Origin: Phoronis australis
Lineage: Eukaryota; Animalia; Phoronida
DNA length: 39,825 bases
NCBI GenBank assembly: GCA_002633005.1
Contig: NMRA01000032.1
Span: forward strand, 1,298,064 to 1,337,888
Reading direction: 5' to 3'
Shown: positions 10,101 through 20,206 of the stretch, one piece after another
Layout: each line of letters begins with the position of its first letter
Numbering within the stretch: the stretch's first letter is position 1
The notes under the pieces: model-generated
What the model saw: the letters and a program-made list of their open reading frames with translations, nothing else
Told to the model about the DNA's origin: nothing
Database searches by the model: none
Program-made: the position numbers and the translations under genes

Positions 10101-13100
10101 CATCTGTTTTTACTCGACTTGCTCTTCTGCTCTGCCGCCGCTTGAAGCGGACCTGATACCCAGTGATGATGCCGTTTCTGTCCCCCACAGGAGGTGGTGC
10201 CCACTGCACCAGCATAGACTGCAGGGGAGATAATTAATGATTATTAAGTTTCAGTCCACTACATTTAAGTCTAGTAAAGCGCATCTGATGTCGTCAGGCA
10301 AGTTTTCAGATGCATTCCAAGAGCAGAACTTGTACGATTGTTATTTTGGAACATGTATGCTTCTTTAATAACTAGTATTGTCGTTCTTTTGCTAGTTACA
10401 AATTTTTGCTTCTGAAACGAGGTAAGTGAGCACTATGTCTGCTAGTTTTCCAAAACTGAACTTCATTCTACCAGGAGCTGATAGACGCATTTTTAGTTTC
10501 TTAACATGCCTCAAATTCGCTTTATCTATGACAGGTAGCAGGTAGCAGATTTGTGCACCTCTGAAAGTATGTTTACTGTAACTTAAAAATCTGCAACAGG
10601 TATGTATGTACAACACACATAGACTGGAGTCAAAAATAAAATTTACAGCTTTGAAAGAACTACGCAAATTTTTCTCCAGAAGTTTCAGACAACAAAACAT
10701 ACAACAAAGCACGTCTGCTGAACCTATAAATTTGAGTCACAACAAAAAAGAAGAAATTCAACAGGTCCTATGACTTACTGTCGAACTTGTGACCTGCAAG
10801 CTGACATTGCTGGGGGCAGCACTAGGCAGACTTGAATACGTTATTGTCTCAAACTCATCAGTGCTCGGCCCGGCACCATTGTTATTGTATGCCATGATGC
10901 GGAACTTATATGTCCGGAAGCTTTTCAGACCCGTGAACTCGTGGCTGCGCTGCGTGGTCGTGACCTCCTGTTCTGACCTCTGACCTTCCTCGTAGTAGTA
11001 GATCATGTACTTGGTGATCTCTCCATTCTTCCGACGAGGCTCCTCCCACTGGACGCGGATGGTCGTCGCTGACAGAGGGAGTGCCGTGTACTGTCTAACG
11101 GTACTGGGCACTTCAGCTGGAATACGATACGAATTAGGATACACAGACTCTGTTTAACGGAGGCTGAACACATGACATAGATAAAATGACTCTACGAGGT
11201 GAGGTACAGCACTGGGTCATACAGATACTGAGTTCTCATCTTCAGAGTACTTTTGAGAATATCATTTCTATTTTCCAACCCCAATTATTTTTTCAGTGAA
11301 AACAATTGTATTAATGATTGCAGCCCAGCATAACTGATGGCATGGACACGAGAGAGGACTCACAAAATGATTTCTTAAACAACAATACATGGAATTTTCA
11401 GCAATTTCCAGACATTTTACCCCTTTTCATACCCAATGGGTTCTCTAGGAAGACTTGCAAGCATGTAAAATAACGTTTTGTTCCTTTTGACGCAACTGAG
11501 CTCAACGGACATTCTAATGACTTCCGATAGCAATATAACACAATTTACCTTCTTCTTTAGTTGTGAAGTGCATCTGAGCAGCACTTGTACTGCGTCCCAT
11601 GCTGTTATGTGCGTACACCTTGACAAGGTACCGGGTGCCCGGCGTGAGGTTCTGCAGGGTAAATTGGAGTGTGGTCGTGTTCTGGACTCGCTCCCTGTGA
11701 ACAAGGGATGTGACTTAATTATGGCATCGTGTAGATGAGATAAAAATTATGTCCACCAATATATACATATATGCATATAAATATATTGCAAAGCACTTAC
11801 ATTTATTTATCATATCATAGTAGTTAATACTACGACTATAATTGCTTTGAATACAGATGATGGTGGTGTGTGTCTCAGTCCGGTATACATCCCAATGTCT
11901 TCCATGCCATCTGATGGAAAAAATCATCACCACCAAGAAAGATGTCGAGTTTTACCACCAGGTGGTGTGGAAAACAATAAGATGCATACTGGACTAAGAC
12001 AGAGGATGATGTCAGCTCTATGACATTGACATTATCTGAGGTAATTTTGTCTAATTTTTTGAGTAAGGACAGCAAGAACTACGCCTCACTGTGTATTCCA
12101 CCTTCCTTATGAAGTTGTTTATTAAATCATTATCAAGATAACTTTTATAATCATTTTAACCGTCACAGGCATTATCATTATGATGGTCGCCACATACCTT
12201 GGAGAGTTGCGTTCCTTCCACAGCACTGTGTATGTGGGTAGCGAGCTAGTGCCTGTGTTGAGGGGCACTTCCCAGTGGACGGTGGCAAACCGTGTTGAGA
12301 TGATGGCCATGTTTAGGTTTCGCGGTTGGTCGGGGATGCCGCCGGTTGATGAGCTCTCGGGTTCCTCACCTGTGCGATCAACGGTGGGTGTGGTTGCTAG
12401 GGGAGTGGGGGCGGGGGTGTCTAGACGGGGGGCAAACAAAAAACATGGCCGAACTAAGTGACAGACAAGCGAATGAACAGAATCATGCAAGAAGCGAGAC
12501 ACATGGGCTTAGACTAAGTATTGAGAAACCAAATCATTTAAGTATAAAATTTCATAAAGAACACTTTGAATAAGGATACCTTGATTACAATTTTTTTACC
12601 AGGGTTATTTAGATGTGTACAGAGATTTGGTCAATTCAACTGAAAGGCTATGAAAATGTTACTAAAAAGAGGTCGATTCAAATGAGACCAGATGGTCACG
12701 AAATCTTTCAATGAAGAGAAAGTACGCGTGTTCACTAAACCCATGTGTCCAAATATTAAGTTAATAAAAATGAAACAAACTAAAGAAAATGCAACAAAAT
12801 TGCCATAAATTTCATAAGTAAATGTTAGTCTACCGAGCTCTTAAAGCCAGCAGTGGGTCATGTAAGCTGTTAAGTGGAGAGTAATAACGTGGCGTCAAAA
12901 TCCTACCAAGTCACCAAAAACAAAAACCCACGGCCCACGTCAGGAATGTTAAGTGACAGAGAAAAATAACATTACAACCCAAATATTAAAAACTATTTCT
13001 TCAAAAAGGTATACAAACAAAGGATTGATAGGTGTCACAAACACATTTCGAAACCTGAAAGTTTGGCATACTGTGAGGGCAACAGTAAAATGATATATTA

Positions 13101-16100
13101 GAACGATTTGCTTTGGTAAGTAAGGGTTATTTGAATAATGGCTTTGTCTGTGTTTTTTGCTAGAGAAAAAAATTTGTGTTTGCCTACAAATCGTATGGTA
13201 CAGCCAGGGGCAAGAATTTTGAAAAAAATATCCACGGAATTAGTAAATTATAAAGCAGAATGCATAACGATAACCGAAGCGAGAGATCAAAATGCAACAA
13301 AATGAAATGGGGAACGTAAAGGTGAAAACAATAACTAGACCTTGAGATGATGGACGGGGTGTGAATCCAAATCCCTTTGGGTCAGGGATAGGAATTCAGC
13401 GACTAATGTCTAGAAATTGGAAAGAGACCTTTCGACAACCAATCAGTGACGTGTGAACAATCCGACAATTGTTACAATCTACATGTGTCAACCGTTACAA
13501 ACAATTAGAGGCCAGTAAGAATGAATAGCTTTAAGGTTTATGGAATTACAACCAAATGTTGAGTAAGACTGTTAAGGAGATTCCCAGAGGCACGGCAGAC
13601 ACACTGGTGTCTGAATGCGTGGTATATAATACTTTTAACATGCATGAAATCGTGTCTTCATGAAATTTAACATGGACGAAAGGACTGCTAGCCCTGAACT
13701 TGGGCAAACATTTACTCTACACTACTGTGTGGGTAAGACATAGATCAAGTCTACACGTAAACAGATGAAAGGGACTTGTTTAAGCAGGACCTATGTCACT
13801 TAAGTACTCCACCTCAATTGACTTAAGTGCACAATGTTCTCAAGGCTAGTACTTAGAGAAGAAATGATTACTAAATAATATTGACTGACATAGCACATCT
13901 ACAATATACTCAATCCATTACATATCTAGCTTAAATGTATTAGTCATTGACTGGCAATGTTTGAGCTTGTGCACCATTCTGTAACTCAAGACAGCCCATT
14001 AAATGAACATAACGGGAATATTTCTATCAAATGCTTGATTCTAAAATTAAACAGACACTCAACATCTATGAGCCACGACTAAGGTATTCACTTTAGTTTT
14101 TGGGCCAAGATTTGATATTCGCTTTCTTAAAGCACCCCCGTCAACAGGTGCTGGAAGCACTTACTGTCAGCCAACATCCTCAGCTGGGCGTAAGCTTGCA
14201 CATTGCCCCAGGCGTTCTCGCCGATACACTGGTACATGCCGTCGTCCGAGCTGACCAATCCCATGATGGTCAGCTTGTCGTCAGTGATCTGGAAGTAGGT
14301 GCTGGCCACTAGCAGGTTGCCGTCCTTACGCCAGTGAATCGCCGGCTTCGGCACTCCGGTGATCACGCAGTGGAACTCGACCTCGCCATTGATGCGAGCG
14401 TGAACGTTGGACGGACGGGTGACCACGCGTGGGGGTACTGAAATGGGATGGGGGCGTCGCAGTGAGGATGACTTCCATGAACAATGGGGCTGACGTCAAT
14501 AGATGACAATATCATTTTGGTTACTCGAAGTACTTACTCTATGAAATATTAGGTGACAACTGACTATGCTAATAAAGTATATGAATAAATATCAACATAT
14601 TAAATAAAAGCCACGTAGAGGAAATGAGTAAAAATCATGTTTTCGTAAAACAAAGTAATTGATAAAATGGATTTCCTTTCAAGGGATTTCTACAATCCTA
14701 CAAATGATAACATTTTCACCCAATATTGTTAGGTAACAGCTGCCCAGAACTGCATTGACAAACTGGTGTTTTCATAACACTCAATTTTATGAGGAATTAG
14801 GAAAAATGAAAGTCCATTTTTTGACAAAATGTGTGATGTCTACTTGAAAGAGCAACAGAGGAATGTTGACACACTGTATAAAACATTGTTTTTGATTACA
14901 GCGTTTATGCATAAAAGTCATGTCATACAATCCATGAAACAGCCCATTGAAACTGTTTACATACCATAAGGAAGTATTTTGATAATCACCCCAAAACCCT
15001 TCCAAAAACAACAACGGACAATGGAGATGTAGGCCTTCTGTTTAAGATAATATTTGCTTAAACAATTACCCTGATATAATTAAACAAAATCTGATAATAG
15101 GATGGGAAAAGAGGAAATAATAAATAAGAAATAATAAATAGAGTAAATCAAGTGGTGTCGAGATAACACTGTCTGGGCACTCAGCCAATGTCAGCAATGC
15201 AGACTAATTGAGTTTCTTGAGTTCACTTATTGAGCATAAGCCATCTTGGAAAATAACACCAAAAGGACAAAAAAATCGCAATTATGTCAAAGAGTTTGCA
15301 TTTTTAAGCCGTGTTCAGACCAACTATACCCCAAAGTAATTCTTGCAATGGTTGAAACAAATACGTAATTGTTACCATTCACACCAACAGTTAAAACTGT
15401 TGTAATCCTGGTAATCTAATAGTTAGTGCTATCGCTTTCCGATTCACCAATTAGTTTCTTGGTGAGCCGTTATTTATCGGCAGCGCCACCTACTGAGTAA
15501 TAACTTTTGCAAGTTCCATGTTCACACCATGTTGCAACGATTATAACCTCTCGCTAAACCACCCTCACAGAGAATAAGAACCGTGTTACACTTACAACTT
15601 TTGAAACCGGTTTTAAAGTGTTCAGAGTGAGAATTAAAACCTTTAAATCGGTTTTAAAAGTGTGAACAGGGCATAAGTTTCAAATGTAGTGTCAATAAAA
15701 ATAAAGCATGCATCATACAATGCTACACTGTTACAATAAGTTACAATACTGAATGCTTCATGTTGCTCAATTCCGCACACAACATGGAACAACCGTGAAA
15801 CTGTCACCAAGCTTTTACAAAGACGAACTATCATAAAAATGAAATATCTTAACTTCAGGAGTAAGACTGAGTAAGTTGGGATTTAGTGAATTTGCACTAA
15901 AATTCCTGGTCAGGACCAAATGACTACCTGGGGGGGCGACAAAGCAAAATTTCTTCGAGAAGACAATTTAGTGTCTGTTAACCAAGAAAGGTTAGAAACA
16001 TTTCAAGATTTCCAGAAATAGGGAGGCAGGTGGCCAAACTTTAACTCTTGAAGAGATAAAACTTTGCACAGATATCACATACAAAGGAAACCAGAATGAT

Positions 16101-19100
16101 GACAAAGCTCTGAATAACTGTGCAGCACTCAGAGAGAAAGGATCAAAGTAATGACTCTGAACGACAGCTGCGGACAGATGTAACTTTGATAAACCAATTT
16201 TTACTGCAGTTATGGCTAATTAAGTCTTTGCACTACGACCATCGAGGTGATTAATTAATGGTGAATTCAGACCATGTTATAGGCAAAACTCTAGAAGCAA
16301 TAAATGCGTCTTAACCCCAATGAGTAATATAGCCATTACACAACAAATAATTGAACCTCAGAACCCTGAACGAGTCAGCGTTGAAGCATTATGAGAAACA
16401 AAACCTACACGTCAAAACTTGAACGCGCTTAAAACAAACTTTGAGCTAAAAGATACGTGAAACTAGGTGCCCCTCGTTTCAAAGTCAACAATCAAAATCA
16501 GTAAAACCAGGAGCATTTTGCTGCTTTGCTTGTGCTAAGTTAAAACCATGATTCTGACCAAACACCAAACAATTCAAACTCCTGAGCAATGCCACCTAAA
16601 GTCAAAAAAAAAAACAAGATCACGGTATTTCGTAGAAGGAAGTCTCGCTGGAAAATGAAATTGATTTCTTACCATGCACTTGAAGAGTGGCATCGGCATC
16701 GACGGAATCATATGAGTTTGTGGCGCGACACGTATACAGCGCCCTGTCGGACTCCTGCACCTCCCTAATGACCAGACTGCCCTCTCCTGTGATGGTATGG
16801 CGCTCAAATATACTGCAACAGAGAACCAACCCGACTGAGTAACAATGGCGTTGCCTGGCAAATCACCACACGAAACTAAAACTTGTTCTTTTGAAAATGG
16901 CAGTAAAAACCAGCATGAGAAGCATACGTAAGGTAAATTCTCACCAACGGCGGACAAAAATAATTGCCAAAAATGTCCTTTTGTTTTTCGAGAGCTTTTC
17001 ACACTGTTGTCAGTGTCCACAAACTTTCAGACATTGTTTGATAGCAGCTATTGTGCAAAACCAGAATATGTAAAAGCCTTTAATTTGGTGTTGAACATCT
17101 TTGGTGGAGGGTGTGATTAAATAAAATTTCACTTGTAGGCCATATTACGTCATAATGGCGAGATTTTACCGAAATTAACAGTAAAAAATAAATCTGAAAA
17201 ACTGAATTGTAGAAGGATGCCGAGGAAAGAAGAAATTTATTGCAATGAATACCAAAACACGAGTGAGGAGATGAAATCTTGTTTTTCGTAATTGCCTTTA
17301 AAAACCAGAAATGTTCGTAATCACAACTTAAGAATACATCTGAAAACTAAATTGCATAATGACACCAAGGTAATAAGCACTTTGTACCAATGATGGAACC
17401 AACTTAAACTCTAAGCATAACATACGTGAACGTCTTCGTTTATGTCAAAGATTCAATTAACTTTATGTTAATCTACAACCCAGACCCCTCAACTAATTTC
17501 TGGTCAAGTCGTTAACAGAGACATCTATCAGCTCTATCAATAACAGTTCTAACAGTCAATTAGCAAATCTCAATACAGCAAACATGGACAATGTCGCTTT
17601 ACTCACCCAGTCACGAGAGTGACACCATCTTTAAGCCACGTGATCTCAGCTTCTGCTGACCCTTCGCCGCCATTGGCAGCACAATATAATGTGACCTCTT
17701 CACCCACGAGAACTCGGCTATCGACTGGTCGCATCACAAACACGGGCGCTCCTACATACATATGACAGCAGGAACGTGAATGTCATACCCTCGATGAGCA
17801 TCGACTTCAAATTGGTGTCGAAAGACAGTCAAATATTTCAAGTACAGCATGAAAATGAAAACAAATGGTGCGTCACTTACGCAATAGGCTGGTCCTGAAA
17901 TTGCACACCACCACTCTCATTCCAAAGTATTTTCCCGAATAAAACGCACGTATCAAGCACTTGTTTTGTTTCTCCACCTTCGAATGTACTTATCTCCTAT
18001 CCTTTGCATGTAACTCATCACTATAATGCAGGCAAACGAGCATTTTTGACTGAAATTCTGAAAAGTCGGTCAGTCCTGCTATGCATTTTTCTACCTCAGA
18101 AAGAAAGTTCTATCCACTATGGGTGTATGGGAAGGTTTTTGAGTAAACCTGCAACTTACACTTCTGAGTACTTCTGCGCTTCATTTAGTATTCATTGCAT
18201 TTCACATAAGGTTGTCCCATACAAGTTTGAAATGAATGAAAAATGGAAGATACAATACACATGCAATGCAACATGTTGAATTCATGCTGCTTTGAAGGCG
18301 TTTATGCTTCCTCAGTACAAACACCAAGTGAGAGGAGTGTGTTCCACAGACACAAGAAACTCGCCAAAAAGCAAGACCAAGACTGAGAAAAGCAGCCCAG
18401 GTCTACTTGAGTTCGCATCTCTATTTTGGCCTCACAACAGTCTCGAAACTGACAAATGTTTGAAAACATACTAACATTGATTTAGAGGCAATGGACAACT
18501 TAAGTTCAACTCTTTCGCTGCCAAGATTTTTTAGAACTGCATTTTAAGGATATCTATGACCTAGGGGGCAATCACACCAGCGTATTTGGTGGAGACCGGG
18601 CAACTCGTCAAAAGGCACACATGGCAATGAAATAGTTTGAAGTCCTTGACAATTCTAACCCTGCCATAAACACTTACCCGAAAACCTGGAATCGTCACGT
18701 CTCAGTGTTGCTGTAGAACTGCACGTGGACTCGGTGCGTACGCTTCTTAATGACGCGCAGCACTTGTAACTCCCAAAGTCACTGGTGGATACTTTAATGA
18801 GCTCTAGCACACCATCGCGGTGGTAGAGCACGTTCTCGGAATTCTCGTCGACAAGCTCCGAGCCATGGTACCACCGGATGGTCGGCGACGGAACCGACTC
18901 AATCATACATCCAAACATGGCCGTATCGCCGACACGTACTGAGAGATCACGTGGGTCCTCCTCAAAAAAGGGCTTCATGTCTACAGTCAATAGAGAAGAA
19001 TAATGCACGTGAGTGACAGGAAAAGAGACAACACTGATGACTATTGGGATGTTTTTAGCCATATATTAATTAAGAAGGATTTTGCATTACTTTAATAAGG

Positions 19101-20206
19101 GAGTGGCGATACTCTTAGATATAGGAATTTTATTAGCAAAATGCCAACAGCAAGGACTCACGGGCAATCTGCAGTTTGGCCAATCGGCTGCGGACACTGC
19201 CGATACCTCGCACCTCAACCAGACACTGGTAGGAGCCCTCATGAAGCTTGTTGGAGGGCGTGTGAATGACTGGGTTGAAAATGAGAGACCCGTTACCTGC
19301 CAACGACCTGAAACGAGAGGTGTACATGCAGCAGGAGAAAGGTATAACCACAAAACATTCAGAAAAAAATCTGAAGCGCAATTAAGAGGAGAGTATAGAG
19401 TACAGGTTAGGAGTGTGAACTCTTGTTTGTGAGGGCTGAGTTTATATACCATACCAGGGATCTGTCTTGAGAAAGTGACTAAAAGAAATTTGGTCTTACT
19501 CCCCCACTTCACAATTGATGAAAAGGTTTAGCCAAGTAATTATGACAGCATCACAGTCAAGAACTAATTTATAAAAATTGTCTCAGTAACTAGCTGTTAT
19601 GTGTATATTTTCAGAGACTTCGCACTTTTGCTCAAGAGGGATTAAATTATTTTTCTGAAATAGTTATGTGGAGCGTAAGATCAAGTTTGCGACTGGCAAG
19701 CCACGTTTTATGAAACAGACCTCAGGTTTAGTAGTATTCCAACAACTGTCTCTTGCCTGTCCACCTGATCTCAGTGCTAACTTGAGTACGTGAAACAGAA
19801 TGTACAAATGAGTTTATGATCCTCAAGGAAACCAGTACTTCACCCCGATAAAATTACCCTCATCAAAGATTTTGGGAAAAAATCAGACTTAACATTTTTA
19901 CGGAGCTCTCCGGTAATTGTCAGAAAAGCTGCATACTTTTCTGAACGAGGCGTAGAACGTCCGAATGAAAACTTGAGGTTTGACTACAAATGCGCTGGAG
20001 CTCAGCCATGTCTCAACGGAGTCCTTACCTGGCAGAGTCTGTGTTGAGATTTAAAACCACGCTGTCTCGCAACCATTTTATCCTCGGCGTGTAGTCGCCC
20101 GATACGCTGACTTGACAGTTCAGCACTGCACGCTGCGTTGGTATGGCAATTATGTCTTCCGGTTCCGCAAGGAACCGAATGTTTGGAAAGTGAGGCGTGG
20201 ACTGAC
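916..20206 (-). CDS. NEO1: DCC/neogenin/frazzled family netrin receptor, partial multi-exon gene (18 traced exons; 4 Ig, 6 FN3, TM, P1). First exon and P2/P3 exons not located in the window
   Basis: Exons join in frame through canonical GT..AG sites (3597 nt). Family motifs include TPMLPP (FN4-FN5 linker), QSTWSM (FN5), WQPPxxANGQVTGY (FN6) and PPDLWIHHE (P1). The symbol denotes the family; orthology to DCC versus NEO1 cannot be resolved for an invertebrate gene. Confidence 0.95.
1187..1230. repeat. Tandem duplication, 2 x 22 bp AGTGGTCAYGTAGGGGCAACAG
   Basis: Two adjacent copies with one mismatch, just upstream (minus sense) of the P1 exon acceptor. Confidence 0.85.
1971..2169 (-). CDS. NEO1: Exon: Gly-rich stalk, transmembrane helix and basic stop-transfer
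   Basis: Acceptor GAATGTTGCAG, donor CG|GTAAGA; phase 1 to 2; MWIIIAVVAGVLVIAIIVFVGVMCRRH. Confidence 0.92.
2649..2744 (-). CDS. NEO1: Exon: 32-codon extracellular juxtamembrane segment (symmetric, possibly a cassette)
   Basis: Acceptor TTGTTCATTGTTTCAG, consensus donor AAG|GTAAGT; 96 nt, phase 1 to 1; DGTGGGPIHTPSGTYNKPNGKPPKYNPEGTE; GC-rich relative to flanks. Confidence 0.8.
3521..3715 (-). CDS. NEO1: Exon: FN3-6 C-terminal part
   Basis: Acceptor CCGTCTTTTGTAG, donor AG|GTAACA; phase 1 to 1; GYVIIYTTD..WAVEAVLG..LTPDTTYYFKMNARNAKGYGPYS..YRTPR. Confidence 0.94.
5029..5040 (-). CDS. NEO1: Candidate 12-nt microexon inside FN3-6 (adds E-N-I-T)
   Basis: Minus strand reads CTTTCTTTCTCTTACTTTGCCGCTTGTTCACAG|AAAACATCACAG|GTATAC; phase 1 to 1, frame-preserving, no stop. 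Confidence 0.55.
5832..5933 (-). CDS. NEO1: Exon: FN3-6 N-terminal part (absent from the ORF track in this frame)
   Basis: Acceptor CCACACATTGCAG, donor CAG|GTAGGT; phase 1 to 1; PQSAPRDVTPVSHGATIVQLNWQPPRNANGQVT. Confidence 0.92.
6306..6620 (-). CDS. NEO1: Exon: FN4-FN5 linker and FN3-5 (netrin-binding region)
   Basis: Acceptor CTCATTTCTTCTAG, donor G|GTCAGC; phase 1 to 1; TPEPETPMLPPVYVKA..RRYTVRY..YEFSVKVVKERRQSTWSM. Confidence 0.94.
6659..6738. repeat. Minisatellite, 4 x 20 bp GGAAATGGAGGAACAGCCGC
   Basis: Four head-to-tail copies, one substitution in copy 3, no spacers. Confidence 0.95.
7252..7542 (-). CDS. NEO1: Exon: FN3-4
   Basis: Acceptor TTCTCTGCTGCAG (a CAGAAG tandem acceptor is possible), donor G|GTTGGT; phase 1 to 1; DRVPDQPSSL..SIIVSWTPP..IRGYTLNWGIGFP..LEPSTNYVISLKAFNDVGPG. 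Confidence 0.92.
7885..8190 (+). pseudogene. Decayed THAP zinc-finger (transposase N-terminus)
   Basis: Translation ECCYV..ILVF*LPQEPEMLRKWLAVVKNEKY..HLCVCGWHFAVDSDF retains the THAP P, W and CxxHF signature; in-frame TGA at 7984-7986 and a missing or frameshifted second Cys. Confidence 0.7.
8187..8312 (-). pseudogene. Truncated 5' end of a convergent second transposon ORF (KolX-like)
   Basis: GTCAACATGGC start context; MATHNPNLDESSSDEVFTGGSLGFTGYQFKLEY has an acidic Ser-rich start followed by a YQFxxEY motif resembling the YxFEP start of P2X7-C-terminus-like/KolX proteins (recognised from memory). Confidence 0.4.
9485..9498 (+). promoter_or_regulatory. CTCF-like core motif CCAGTAGGGGGCGC
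   Basis: Full match to the CCASYAGRKGGCRS consensus; motif only, no occupancy data. Confidence 0.35.
9567..9677 (-). CDS. NEO1: Exon: FN3-3 C-terminal part (absent from the ORF track)
   Basis: Acceptor TCTTTGTACACAG, donor G|GTGAGT; phase 1 to 1; LDPDTEYAVKVAALNVNGTGVLTPWVYATTHDSDLL. Confidence 0.92.
10074..10218 (-). CDS. NEO1: Exon: FN3-3 middle (absent from the ORF track)
   Basis: Acceptor TCTCCCCTGCAG, donor G|GTATGT; phase 0 to 1; SMLVQWAPPPVGDRNGIITGYQVRFKRRQSRRASRVKTDANIRTFDLN. Confidence 0.92.
10779..11116 (-). CDS. NEO1: Exon: FN3-2 and start of FN3-3
   Basis: Acceptor GTATCGTATTCCAG, donor ACA|GTAAGT; phase 1 to 0; SATTIRVQWEEP..GLKSFRTYKFRIMAYNNNGAGPST..LPSAAPSNVSL. Confidence 0.93.
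11549..11694 (-). CDS. NEO1: Exon: FN3-1 C-terminal half
   Basis: Acceptor CCTTGTTCACAG, donor G|GTAAAT; phase 2 to 1; ERVQNTTTLQFTLQNLTPGTRYLVKVYAHNSMGRS..FTTKEE. Confidence 0.92.
12198..12420 (-). CDS. NEO1: Exon: Pro/Thr-rich Ig4-FN1 linker plus FN3-1 N-terminal half
   Basis: Acceptor TTTGTTTGCCCCCCGTCTAG, donor AG|GTATGT; phase 1 to 2; TPAPTPLATTPT..IPDQPRNL..STRFATVHWEVP..YTVLWKE. The exact acceptor is uncertain (see findings). Confidence 0.85.
14165..14437 (-). CDS. NEO1: Exon: Ig4
   Basis: Acceptor CATCCCATTTCAG, donor A|GTAAGT; phase 1 to 1; PPRVVTRPSN..VEFHCVITGVPKPAIHWRKDG..DDGMYQCIGENAWGNVQAYAQL. Confidence 0.94.
15307..15673. mobile_element. PIF/Harbinger-like MITE (~365 bp)
   Basis: Left end GCCGTGTTCAGAC (15308-15320) versus right end GTGTGAACAGGGC (15660-15672), 11/13 inverted match; TTA and TAA flanks resemble a 3-bp TWA target; TIR-like submotifs repeat internally near 15518 and 15581. 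Confidence 0.5.
16673..16812 (-). CDS. NEO1: Exon: Ig3 C-terminal half
   Basis: Acceptor TTCTCTGTTGCAG, donor G|GTAAGA; phase 2 to 1; IFERHTITGEGSLVIREVQESDRALYTCRATNSYDSVDADATLQVH. Confidence 0.93.
16931..17171 (+). mobile_element. MITE family A, copy 1 (~240 bp)
   Basis: TIRs AGGTAAATTCTCACCA / TGGCGAGATTTTACCG (13/16 inverted match); internal blocks shared with the other copies (AAAAATAATTGCCAAA, ACACTGTTGT, AAAATTTCACTTGT..GCCATATT). Confidence 0.7.
17607..17751 (-). CDS. NEO1: Exon: Ig3 N-terminal half (absent from the ORF track)
   Basis: Acceptor TATGTATGTAG, donor GG|GTGAGT; phase 1 to 2; hand translation APVFVMRPVDSRVLVGEEVTLYCAANGGEGSAEAEITWLKDGVTLVTG. Confidence 0.9.
18678..18980 (-). 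CDS. NEO1: Exon: Ig2
   Basis: Acceptor TTCTCTATTGACTGTAG, donor G|GTAAGT; phase 1 to 1; MKPFFEEDPRD..AMFGCMIESVPSPTIRW..DFGSYKC. Confidence 0.92.
19162..19307 (-). CDS. NEO1: Exon: Ig1 C-terminal half
   Basis: Acceptor CTCTCGTTTCAG, donor C|GTGAGT; phase 2 to 1; SLAGNGSLIF..HEGSYQCLV..SRLAKLQIA. Confidence 0.92.
20029..20206 (-). CDS. NEO1: Exon: Ig1 N-terminal half
   Basis: Acceptor TATTTCTATTTCAG, donor AG|GTAAGG; phase 1 to 2; QSTPHFPNIRFLAEPEDIIA..AVLNCQV..IKWLRD. Confidence 0.9.

Noticed and set aside
10110-10146. KRRQSRRASR in FN3-3 as a furin site
   Set aside because: Only minimal RxxR matches; a basic loop at this position is common in the family
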